Below the pieces are notes generated by a model that saw only the letters and a list, made by a program, of their open reading frames with translations, was not told where the DNA came from and did not search any database. A stretch of 32,000 nt of DNA from Caldivirga maquilingensis IC-167 (GTDB lineage: Archaea; Thermoproteota; Thermoprotei; Thermoproteales; Thermocladiaceae). A program made the position numbers and the translations under genes. This document shows, one piece after another, positions 7,708-15,978 of this stretch. The first letter of the stretch is position 1. The number at the start of each line of letters is the position of its first letter. The stretch covers positions 1,950,001 to 1,982,000 of the forward strand of contig NC_009954.1 of the NCBI RefSeq assembly GCF_000018305.1, read 5' to 3'.

Positions 7708-10121
7708 GTAGTCGCTTAATAATAGATTCAGTGGAGTTGGAGGGATTTAGGGTATTTAAGAGTAGGGTTGTCTTTAACTTCATTGATGGCTTAAACGTGA
7801 TTCATGGACCAATAGGTTCAGGTAAATCAAGTATAATTCAAGCCATTGAATTCGCCCTTTACGGTAATCAATTGGAGGCTAGGGAGAGGGTTGCTAGGTT
7901 AAGTGACTTGATTAATGAGGATTCTAATGAGGCCACGGTAGCCTTAAGACTAAGCGGTAACCTAATATTGAGGAGGTTAATGCGTAAGGGTAATTCAACA
8001 TACCAGGCCTTAACGCTAAACGGTAACCAATCAACTGACGACCAGTTAGTTACGCTACTGGGGGTTGATGATGATGACTTTGAGAGATTCATCCTAATTA
8101 GCCACAAGACCCTTGAGGACTTAGTTTATGGTTCAGTTAGGAGGAGGACATTAGCCATAGATAGGCTCTTTGGATTGGAGTTCCTTGAGATCCTAGGTAG
8201 TGTACTACCGGTTAAGCAGGTTAATGAGGCTATAGATATTAGGAAGCAGAGGTTAGCCAGTATAAGGGAGGCTGAGGATCTTCTACGTAAGTATGGTTCA
8301 ATTAAGGCAGCCTTAGATAAGAGGAGTAGCCTAGCCGCTGAGATAGAGAGTATTAGGGAGCAGGTTAAGGCTATTTCATCAGCCTACGTTGAGTTAGCTA
8401 ATAGGAGGTCAAGGTACGTTGAGGCAATTAAGAGGGTTGAGGAACAGTACACAAGGTACCTTTACGTTAGGGAACGGTTAAGGCAGCTTGAGGAGGAGTT
8501 GAGGAGTATTAAGGATGAGGATTACGGTGAGGTCTTAATTAAGGGTAGTCTAGAGGTCATTAGACGCATGTTGATTCCAAGACTTGAATCAGCCATGCTT
8601 CAGGAATTAAGTGAAAGACTTGAGAAGGCTAATACCATTGATGAACTACTTGAATTAAGCTACAGTGGTATCAATGCCCTGGAGGGTAAGGTGAAGGAGC
8701 TTGAGGAGGAGTTAGAGGCCATGAGGAGGAGTAGGGAGGATTTAAGCAGGTTAATAGATAGGACTAGGGGGGAGTTGAATTCTATAATGGAGAGGATTAA
8801 CGCCATTGAGGAGGCTGCTAAGCAGTATGCAGAGTACGTTAGGAAGTACGGGGATTTAAGTAAGGTTAAGGCTGATTTAGAGTCCGCTAGGAGTGAGTAT
8901 AATGAAATTGAGACTGTGGTTAAGGTTAAGGCATCCGCATTGGAGGTGCTTAACTACTTGATAAGGGAGCTTGAAATACACGGTGAGGCAACATGCCCAG
9001 TCCATGGTTTTAAAGTAACGAGGGATAGGCTTAATGAACTTAAGGAGAGGGCCAGTAATCTGCAGAGGGAGTTAAGTGAGTTAAGGATTATTGATGTTAA
9101 GAATAGGGTTAATGAACTTGAGAGGGTTGTTATGGAGATGGAGGGTTTATATACGCAGTATGTTCAATACCAGGAATTACTAAGTAAGGTTAATGATTAT
9201 AAGACTCAATTAAACCAATACATCGATAAGCTTCAAAGACTGGAGAGGGCTATTGCTGATCTTGAGAAGAGGATTAAGGACTTCAGGGGCATTATTGAGT
9301 TAACCCACAGGAGACTTGAGGAGACTGAGAAGAGGTACTTAATCCTCAGGAAGATTAAGGAGAGGGATTCATTAAGGCTTGAGGAGAGTAACCTACTCAG
9401 TGAGCTTAAGGGAAGCGGCATAAACCTAGATGAGATCGTGGGTATTGATGAAGCCTTGAGGGATATGGAGAAGCGCATGGATGAACTCAGGAGGAGGCTT
9501 GAGGAAGCTACATCAGAATACATGCAATTAGACACTGTGCTATCTAGGATAAGTCACGAAAACATTGATGTCGAGAAAACCCTCAGCGAAATAAAGGAAC
9601 TTGAGGAGATTAATGGTAAATTCCAGCGCATACTTAATAAGCTTAATGAAGTTCAGAATAAGGTTAGGGGTGACGTGGTTAATATAATTCAATCCAAGGT
9701 GGTTGACTTATTCAAGCAATTATACCCATACAGTGACTTGGAGGGGATAACCGTTAAGCTTCAGCATAGGAGGGGTAAGGGAAGTGACTACGTGCTTTAT
9801 GCACTTAGGGGAGGTAGGGATGTTCCAGTATCTAGGCTTAGTGATGGGCAAAGATTAACCCTAGCTCAATCATTCGTACTAGCGGTATATAGGCTAATGC
9901 AGCATAACTTAGGCTTCATACTAATGGATGAACCAATCCCTTACGTTGACGCTAATGCTAAGAGAACATTCTCTGAAACCATTGTAAGGGCGATAAGCGA
10001 GGGTATGATTAATCAAGTCATATTGGCAACTCAGGATGATGCATTATTAGAGGCTTTAATTAAAAGCTCTGAGGGGGGTAAAGTGAGGAGTAATGTAATT
10101 AGGCTTCAACACCCCAGGTGA
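7704..10121 (+). CDS. Rad50/SMC-superfamily ATPase with a long coiled coil and a hook-like apex; orphan paralog not linked to mre11
   Basis: Walker A is GPIGSGKSSIIQAIEFALYG, the signature motif is LSDGQR, and Walker B/D-loop is FILMDEPIPYVD. About 500 aa of heptad-rich E/R/L/K sequence lie between the two head halves. CPVHG lies at codons 431-435 of 805 (nt 8994-9008), the position of the Rad50 CPVCG hook. Confidence 0.8.
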   Translation: MSSRLIIDSVELEGFRVFKSRVVFNFIDGLNVIHGPIGSGKSSIIQAIEFALYGNQLEARERVARLSDLINEDSNEATVALRLSGNLILRRLMRKGNSTYQALTLNGNQSTDDQLVTLLGVDDDDFERFILISHKTLEDLVYGSVRRRTLAIDRLFGLEFLEILGSVLPVKQVNEAIDIRKQRLASIREAEDLLRKYGSIKAALDKRSSLAAEIESIREQVKAISSAYVELANRRSRYVEAIKRVEEQYTRYLYVRERLRQLEEELRSIKDEDYGEVLIKGSLEVIRRMLIPRLESAMLQELSERLEKANTIDELLELSYSGINALEGKVKELEEELEAMRRSREDLSRLIDRTRGELNSIMERINAIEEAAKQYAEYVRKYGDLSKVKADLESARSEYNEIETVVKVKASALEVLNYLIRELEIHGEATCPVHGFKVTRDRLNELKERASNLQRELSELRIIDVKNRVNELERVVMEMEGLYTQYVQYQELLSKVNDYKTQLNQYIDKLQRLERAIADLEKRIKDFRGIIELTHRRLEETEKRYLILRKIKERDSLRLEESNLLSELKGSGINLDEIVGIDEALRDMEKRMDELRRRLEEATSEYMQLDTVLSRISHENIDVEKTLSEIKELEEINGKFQRILNKLNEVQNKVRGDVVNIIQSKVVDLFKQLYPYSDLEGITVKLQHRRGKGSDYVLYALRGGRDVPVSRLSDGQRLTLAQSFVLAVYRLMQHNLGFILMDEPIPYVDANAKRTFSETIVRAISEGMINQVILATQDDALLEALIKSSEGGKVRSNVIRLQHPR

Positions 10122-10169
10122 TCGCCATTATGCGATTAACTTTAATTAGCACTCTTTTAAACGGGTTGT

Positions 10170-10838
10170 GTGGCTAAGCTCCTCATATTAAGTGACTCAA
10201 GTAGATACAGTATAAGTAAGCTTACTGATGAGTTAGTAAGCATGGGTCATCAGGTTAAGTACATGAATATAAGTAATGAGCCACTTGCATTAAGTGCGGT
10301 TAATGAGTATGATTTAACAGTGTTAACATCCATGAACCCCTACACAGCGTTATCAATAGCATTAACCATTGGTAAAAGCATTAACTCAGCTGCAGGGATA
10401 ATTAACGCCTTATCAGTAACTAAGTTACTTAAGGAGCAGGGGCTGGATTTCCTAATGGTTGCTGGGGATTCAGCGGTTAAGTCAGCGTTCACTAATGGCC
10501 CCTACTACTTCAATACTGCCTGGTCCCTCGGCTTAGGGGGCTTTGTGGATACTGTTGAGGGTGCTAGAAGCATCCTCGAGTATAGGCATTACTTGAAGAA
10601 CCCCCTAGCCTCAGCATCAATCCTAGTTAAGCTCACCGGTGAGGAGTCTAGGGTGTTTGCAACTATTAAGCATAGTAAGTACGGTGAATTACTGAGGAGG
10701 CTTAATCTACATTTCGCCGAATTAACAGTGATTGATGGTAAAGTCACTGAGGCTAACCCAACGCCGGAAATACCCGTGGAGAGTGTTAAGGAGGTTGCCC
10801 AAGTGGTGGCTGAGTATGCGGCAGGAATTAATAGTTAA
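10170..10838 (+). CDS. Hypothetical protein, possibly a divergent or minimal ATP-grasp (RimK/LysX-like) fold
   Basis: The gene starts at a GTG. The N-terminal KLLILSDS...ELVSMGHQVKYMN resembles a pre-ATP-grasp domain. The C-terminal VIDGKVTEANPTPEIP resembles the E-x-N-x-x-P motif. The resemblance is weak and the protein is short for the family. Confidence 0.3.
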   Translation: MAKLLILSDSSRYSISKLTDELVSMGHQVKYMNISNEPLALSAVNEYDLTVLTSMNPYTALSIALTIGKSINSAAGIINALSVTKLLKEQGLDFLMVAGDSAVKSAFTNGPYYFNTAWSLGLGGFVDTVEGARSILEYRHYLKNPLASASILVKLTGEESRVFATIKHSKYGELLRRLNLHFAELTVIDGKVTEANPTPEIPVESVKEVAQVVAEYAAGINS

Positions 10839-11064
10839 TGTTAAGGTAAGAACCAGCGATTGTTTGAACATTCTTAAGGCCCTTAAGGTTGATGAAGTAG
10901 GGTTACCTGAAGGGATTAAAACAAGTATTAACTGCATTAACGATGAAATCAACTACACTGTATCAGCAGTGGTCACTGACCCTAAAGTTACTTTATCAGT
11001 CTGGAACACTATTGATGATTTCTTAAGAAACTTGAAGGCAGTACTACTGGTTGAGGATTCTTAA
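10816..11064 (+). CDS. pcc1: KEOPS subunit Pcc1-like protein
   Basis: It encodes 82 aa from the ATG at 10816. The pattern IVNVKVRTSDCLNILKALKVDE...INYTVSAVVTDPKVTLSVWNTIDDFLRNLKAV follows the Pcc1 beta-beta-beta-alpha layout. The gene overlaps the upstream gene by 23 nt. Confidence 0.45.
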   Translation: MRQELIVNVKVRTSDCLNILKALKVDEVGLPEGIKTSINCINDEINYTVSAVVTDPKVTLSVWNTIDDFLRNLKAVLLVEDS

Positions 11065-11155
11065 ACCCCCATTATTAACGTAAATACATTAACCTAACTA
11101 ATCCTAGCTGATTCAGTTAAAGAATTAAAACACTTATTAAGGTAGCTATAGGAGT

Positions 11156-12454
11156 ATGCAGGGCTTCACATACGTTAAGGATGTTGCAAAGGCTGGGGAA
11201 GGGAGTTTAGTTAATGTGAGGGGTTGGGTGTATAGGAAGAGGGTGACGGGGGGTAAAATATTCATAGTTATCAGGGATTCAACTGGAGTAATACAGGCTG
11301 TGGTGAGTAGGGATAATGAGTCTGTTTTTAAGAAGGCTGAGCAACTTAACATAGAGTCATCACTAATTGCGACAGGGTATGTTAGGAAGGAGCCTAGGGC
11401 ACCAGGTGGTTTCGAGATACAGGTCACTGACATACCGTGGAGCTTTGTGGGTTGGCAATTCCCGATAAATGAGGATGCAGCCAAGGCTGATTCAGAGTAC
11501 TTACTGGACATGAGGCACCTATGGGTTAGGAGCAGGAGAATGCAGGCTGTGTTGAAGATTAGGAGCACAATATTTGGGGCTATACATGAGTGGTTTAGGA
11601 GTAATGGCTACTATGAGGTTCAAGCCCCAATGTTCATAACATCAGCCGTGGAGGGTGGTTCAACACTCTTCGAGGTTAATTACTTCGGTGAGAAGGCTTA
11701 CTTAACCCAGTCCTCCCAATTCTACCTTGAGGCCCTCATATTCTCACTGGAGAAGGTCTACACCATCGCCCCAAGCTTCAGGGCTGAGAAGTCAAGAACC
11801 CGTAGGCACTTAACCGAGTTCTGGCATGCTGAGGCTGAGGTTGCTTGGGCGGGGCTTGAAGACATGTTCACAGTCACTGAGAATTTAATAAGCCACATTG
11901 TTAAGAGAGTTCTTGAATCAAACCTAGAGGACTTAAGCCTACTGGGTAGGAAAACCGAGCCCCTTGAGAATGTTAAGCCACCATTCCCCAGGGTACCTTA
12001 CGATGAGGCCATCAACATCCTCAATAAGAAGGGGTTTAACTTAAAGTGGGGGGATGATATTGGTGCCGATGAGGAGAGGGTATTAACTCTTGAGTTTACT
12101 CAACCAATCCACCTCCACCACTTCCCAGAGAACGTTAAGGCGTTCTACCATAGGAATGACCCAAGTAAACCATCCACAACCCTGAGTGTTGATGTTTTAG
12201 CACCGGAGGGTTATGGTGAGGTAGTGGGTGGTGGTGAACGTATATACGATTATGATGAGTTAATTAATAAGATTAAGAGATTTAACCTAAACCCTGAGGA
12301 TTACCAATGGTACATTGATTTAAGGAAATACGGTTCAGTACCGCACGCTGGCTTCGGCCTTGGGGTTGATAGGTTGGTTATGTGGATTTGCGGTTTAGAT
12401 CACATAAGGGATGCGTTACCTTTCCCAAGGGATATGAGGAGGCTTAAGCCATAA
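11156..12454 (+). CDS. asnS: Asparaginyl-tRNA synthetase (class IIb)
   Basis: An N-terminal OB fold is present (VNVRGWVYRKRVTGGKIFIVIRDSTG). Motif 2 is FRAEKSRTRRHLTEFWHAEAEVAW; the EFW.xExE form is AsnRS-like rather than AspRS-like. Motif 3 is GSVPHAGFGLGVDRLVMWICGLDHIRDALPFPR. Confidence 0.75.
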   Translation: MQGFTYVKDVAKAGEGSLVNVRGWVYRKRVTGGKIFIVIRDSTGVIQAVVSRDNESVFKKAEQLNIESSLIATGYVRKEPRAPGGFEIQVTDIPWSFVGWQFPINEDAAKADSEYLLDMRHLWVRSRRMQAVLKIRSTIFGAIHEWFRSNGYYEVQAPMFITSAVEGGSTLFEVNYFGEKAYLTQSSQFYLEALIFSLEKVYTIAPSFRAEKSRTRRHLTEFWHAEAEVAWAGLEDMFTVTENLISHIVKRVLESNLEDLSLLGRKTEPLENVKPPFPRVPYDEAINILNKKGFNLKWGDDIGADEERVLTLEFTQPIHLHHFPENVKAFYHRNDPSKPSTTLSVDVLAPEGYGEVVGGGERIYDYDELINKIKRFNLNPEDYQWYIDLRKYGSVPHAGFGLGVDRLVMWICGLDHIRDALPFPRDMRRLKP

Positions 12455-12623
12455 TGAGTTTAGTTAATTATCGGCATGTGATTTCCTTTATTTAAACTAG
12501 CCTTATGCACATAGAGGATTAATGGGCTGCGGCATTATCTTCAAGGTAATAACAGTACTCAATGGTGTTGAAGCTGGGATAACGCATATTCACAGTAGTA
12601 GGCGTGGCATTAGGTTGCTGATC

Positions 12624-12977
12624 CTAAATCACTGAGGCTATGGCTATCAACACCATGATTATTGATATTGATGAGAACGCAATACCCATAAACGCCATAA
12701 CCCTCCTCATCCTTGCCATAACCTCCTCATGTACGTATATTGATGTTGCAACATCCAGGAAACTTTCCTTAACCACGAATACTGATGCAGTGAAGGTAGC
12801 TATGTCAAGTATGGCTATACCGACGAGCTCATACACTAGTTTACTTGAGTATGTTGAGTGTTCAAGCTTCATGAATAATTCATTTATACCTAGGTAACTA
12901 TGCACCATAGCTATGGTTGAGAGGAGTATCGATAGTAGGCTTAATCCAAGCACCACGTAAACAGGCTTTATGGGCAT
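12624..12977 (-). CDS. Small integral membrane protein (about 3 TM helices), function unknown
   Basis: Three long hydrophobic segments are present. On the minus strand, ATTTATTTAAATC lies about 25 nt upstream of the ATG at 12977. Confidence 0.45.
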   Translation of the reverse strand: MPIKPVYVVLGLSLLSILLSTIAMVHSYLGINELFMKLEHSTYSSKLVYELVGIAILDIATFTASVFVVKESFLDVATSIYVHEEVMARMRRVMAFMGIAFSSISIIMVLIAIASVI

Positions 12978-13019
12978 TATACTCGGTGACTCATAATGAT
13001 TTAAATAAATTACGTTACA

Positions 13020-13712
13020 TTAACCATGTGGTTGATTGGATTTGCTAATACTTAAGTAATACTTGCACTTAACCCTAAGGGGGCAATGTTCACATAATGG
13101 CCTTCTACTCCTACATATTGCCCTACCGAAGGCTATTAAACCAAGGTGAACCATTAAGTACTCATTAGGCTTCAGTAACTTAATCCAGAAGGCGCTAACC
13201 TTCTCATAACCACCCATTACACCTAACCTATGACTAATCCTCATTATGTGAGTATCCACTGGGAAAACGGGTTTACCTAAATTAAGTAGAACCACGTCGG
13301 CTGTTTTAGGTCCAACACCAGGCAGGTTCATGAGTGTTCTCCTAGCCTCATCAGTACCCATACCCCTAATGAACTCCAGTGAGCCGTTGTATTTCTCATT
13401 AACAGTATTGGCTAATTCAATCAGCCTCCTGGCCCTTTGCCTAAAGGAGCCAATGGGCCTCAATATATTCTCCAACTCACTTTTACTTAAGCTTAATATA
13501 GTGTTGGGTGTTATTGAACCGAGCCTCTCCTTGAGCCTCTCATAAACCCTAGTGGCCACTTTATCACTGGTGTTTTGCGTAAGCATAACAGCCACTAAAC
13601 CCTCAAACACTGATGCATTATTAGTGAAAACCCACCTACCTAGGAATTCCCTCTCATTAACTGTAACTAATGATAAGGCCTTAAACACGTCATCCCTTGT
13701 TAAACCCTCCAT
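13020..13712 (-). CDS. nth: Endonuclease III (HhH-GPD DNA glycosylase/AP lyase with a 4Fe-4S cluster)
   Basis: The HhH motif is LPGVGPKTADVVLL, followed by VDTHIMRISHRLG. The C-terminal cluster loop is CRSRRPLCEHCPLRVKC (C-x6-C-x2-C-x5-C). Confidence 0.85.
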   Translation of the reverse strand: MEGLTRDDVFKALSLVTVNEREFLGRWVFTNNASVFEGLVAVMLTQNTSDKVATRVYERLKERLGSITPNTILSLSKSELENILRPIGSFRQRARRLIELANTVNEKYNGSLEFIRGMGTDEARRTLMNLPGVGPKTADVVLLNLGKPVFPVDTHIMRISHRLGVMGGYEKVSAFWIKLLKPNEYLMVHLGLIAFGRAICRSRRPLCEHCPLRVKCKYYLSISKSNQPHG

Positions 13713-13735
13713 TCACTTAAGGGTCCTTAACCATG

Positions 13736-13748
13736 TTTAAAAGCATGC
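13736..13748 (-). promoter_or_regulatory. Promoter core for nth
   Basis: The minus strand reads GCATGCTTTTAAA. The TATA part is centred about 27 nt upstream of the ATG at 13712. It is flanked by the inverted repeat TTAACCATG (13727-13735) / CATGGTTAA (13763-13771). Confidence 0.45.
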
Positions 13749-13796
13749 TTCCTTAACTAAACCATGGTTAACATGTGTCATTAATTTTAAATATAG

Positions 13797-14000
13797 CTAG
13801 AACTCTACTACTCTCTTACCCTTACTCCTATACTCCTCAATAAGCTTAGTGGCTACATCCTCAGGTAACTTAATGGTGACTAGGCTGGCCTTTGTCCTAG
13901 CCTTCAATTTAACAACGTTACCATTCTTCTTAACCCTAATCTCCTCCGCATTATCCGCATACCTCCTCCACAGATCCACTAGGAAAACCTCCTTAGGCAT
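13797..14000 (-). CDS. rpl38e: Ribosomal protein eL38 (L38e)
   Basis: The 67-aa protein starts MPKE.... The stretch AEEIRVKKNGNVVKLKARTKASLVTIKLPEDVATKLIEEY parallels eukaryotic L38 ([39 protein letters not shown]). Confidence 0.6.
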   Translation of the reverse strand: MPKEVFLVDLWRRYADNAEEIRVKKNGNVVKLKARTKASLVTIKLPEDVATKLIEEYRSKGKRVVEF

Positions 14001-14111
14001 GTGTTGGGGTTTACCCCACTGCTCTTTAATATTTTCTCCCTGAACCGACCCTTAGCTTAATCGCCATTGTGAAAAATAATTATTATTTATCATTAATGAG
14101 AAACTTAACGT

Positions 14112-14945
14112 TCACTGTTTCTCATATGCCTTAAGCCACTTCTTTAAGTCTGGTGCCGCATTTATCAGTATCTTAGTGTACTCATCCTTAGGGTTACTTA
14201 TTATTTCATTTATATCACCCTCCTCCACTATCCTCCCATCCTTAAGTATCACCACCCTACCTTTACCTGACTTTAATAGCAGTATTCTGGCTAATGCAAT
14301 ATCATGCGTTATGAATATTAGGCTTAAGTTAACAACACGCATTAAATCAATGAAAGTGTTTATGAAGCCTATCCTCAGTGAGGAGTCAATCATTGTGACT
14401 GGCTCATCAGCAATAATGAGCTTTGGATTAGAGGCCAGTGACCTAGCTATGGCTATTCTCTGCCTTTGACCACCTGATAATTGATGAGGGTACTTATTCA
14501 TGTAGAATGAGGGGGGAATTAAACCAACTAGCCTAAGTAATTCCTGGGCCCTTGCTGATGCGTCAATTTTAGGGTTCCACTTCCTTATGGGGGCCATTAA
14601 TTGTTCACCAATGGTTAACGACGGGTCAAGGCTTGAGTATGGGTCCTGGGGAACCCATTGAACACTCCTCCTAAACTCCTCAAAATCCCTACCCCTCAGT
14701 GAGTAAATGTCCTTACCCCTGAATAAGGCGACTCCACTGGTTGGTTTCTGGAGGCCAAGGATAACCCTACCCATTGTTGTTTTACCTGCACCACTCTCAC
14801 CAACCACTGCAATTACATCACCATCACTTACCTTTAAGTTAACGTGGTCAAGCGCCTTAGTAATCCTCTTACCCAGTAGGCCAACCCTCTCAGTGAAGTA
14901 GACGCATACATCCCTTAGCTCAATAAGGTACTCGTTACTTCTCAT
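14112..14945 (-). CDS. ABC transporter ATP-binding protein, Opp/Dpp F-type
   Basis: Walker A is GESGAGKTT, the signature is LSGGQRQRIAIARSL, and Walker B is IIADEP. The gene overlaps the upstream ATPase gene by 11 nt. Confidence 0.85.
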   Translation of the reverse strand: MRSNEYLIELRDVCVYFTERVGLLGKRITKALDHVNLKVSDGDVIAVVGESGAGKTTMGRVILGLQKPTSGVALFRGKDIYSLRGRDFEEFRRSVQWVPQDPYSSLDPSLTIGEQLMAPIRKWNPKIDASARAQELLRLVGLIPPSFYMNKYPHQLSGGQRQRIAIARSLASNPKLIIADEPVTMIDSSLRIGFINTFIDLMRVVNLSLIFITHDIALARILLLKSGKGRVVILKDGRIVEEGDINEIISNPKDEYTKILINAAPDLKKWLKAYEKQ

Positions 14946-15900
14946 ACAGGTAACACCTCACTATTCTTCCATTAACATTATACTCACCGGGTTTATCAGT
15001 TTTACACACATCCATTACGTATGGGCAACGGGGCCAGAATGGGCAACCTTGAATATCCTCAAGTGGATTAGGAGGCTCACCTGGTATTGGCTTAACCTCA
15101 TCAGCGCTTGAGGATAATGATGGTGTTGATTGAACCAGGGCCTTAGTGTACGGGTGCTTTGGATCAATTATAATATCCTCCATTGGCCCCACCTCCATGA
15201 CTTCACCATTATATAGCACAACCACTGATGAAGCTATTACAGGTATTATAGATATGTCATGTGTAATGAAGATTATTGTTGTGCCTAACTTCTCGTTAAT
15301 TGACTTAACTAGGTTAAGGATATCCATTTGAGTAACCACATCTAAGGCAGCCGTGGGTTCATCCATAATAACCAACTCTGGGTTTAGGAATAATGCCAGG
15401 GATATGGCAACCCTCTGCTTCATACCTCCTGATAATTGATGTGGATATAGGTTAAAGACCCTGGCTGGATTAAGTTTAGTGAATTCAAGCATTTCACTAG
15501 CCTTCTTCAGTACCTCGTTCTCATTAGTTATGCCATGTGCCTTAGCGGTATCAAGGAAATGATCCTTAATCCTCATGGTTGGGTTAAATATGTTTTGGCT
15601 TGCTTGAGGAACCATCGACACCTTAACCCACCTATACTTAGAGTTAAACTCATGTTCACTAAGCGCCAGTAAATCAACGCCATTAAAGTAAATGCTGCCG
15701 CTCCTAATTATGGCCGGCGGCTTAAGCATGCGCATTATAGCTAAGGCAAGTGTTGACTTACCTGAACCACTCTCCCCAACAACTCCAACAATATCACCCT
15801 TATTAACATCAATGTTAACCCCCTTAAGGGCCTTAACGGCAATCTTCAAGTCAGGTAACCTATACTCCACGTTCAGATTCCTAATACTCAACAACGGCAT
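14935..15900 (-). CDS. ABC transporter ATP-binding protein, Opp/Dpp D-type with the oligopeptide/dipeptide C-terminal domain
   Basis: Walker A is GESGSGKST, the signature is LSGGMKQRVAISLAL, and Walker B is VIMDEPTAALD. The C-terminal HPYTKAL...CPFWPRCPYVMDVC is typical of OppD/DppD. Confidence 0.85.
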   Translation of the reverse strand: MPLLSIRNLNVEYRLPDLKIAVKALKGVNIDVNKGDIVGVVGESGSGKSTLALAIMRMLKPPAIIRSGSIYFNGVDLLALSEHEFNSKYRWVKVSMVPQASQNIFNPTMRIKDHFLDTAKAHGITNENEVLKKASEMLEFTKLNPARVFNLYPHQLSGGMKQRVAISLALFLNPELVIMDEPTAALDVVTQMDILNLVKSINEKLGTTIIFITHDISIIPVIASSVVVLYNGEVMEVGPMEDIIIDPKHPYTKALVQSTPSLSSSADEVKPIPGEPPNPLEDIQGCPFWPRCPYVMDVCKTDKPGEYNVNGRIVRCYLYEK

Positions 15901-15978
15901 ACTGCGGTCAGGTAAGTGATTGCTTTATTATTAAAACTTTTCTCAAAATAGCATTAGGTGAGTAAAAATAGTTTAAGT

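Noticed and set aside
10732-10815. Longer version of the Pcc1-like ORF starting at 10732
   Set aside because: The first 28 codons lie wholly inside the upstream gene and give a basic, non-Pcc1-like peptide. The in-frame ATG at 10816 yields an 82-aa product of typical Pcc1 length.
7543-10838. Reading the small ORF, SMC-like ATPase and 222-aa protein as an anti-phage defence system (Lamassu, Wadjet or Septu-like)
   Set aside because: No nuclease, kleisin-like or other effector partner is recognisable. The flanks are core housekeeping genes (Trm112, Pcc1, AsnRS). The ATPase looks Rad50-like, with a hook rather than an SMC-type hinge as in Lamassu or Wadjet. The sequence gives no positive evidence for defence.
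12455-12623. 169-nt convergent spacer between asnS and the membrane-protein gene, checked for ncRNA or a small ORF
   Set aside because: It has no C/D boxes, no GC-rich core, and only very short ORFs (5-6 codons). The T-rich ATTTCCTTTATTTAAA is compatible with ordinary termination.
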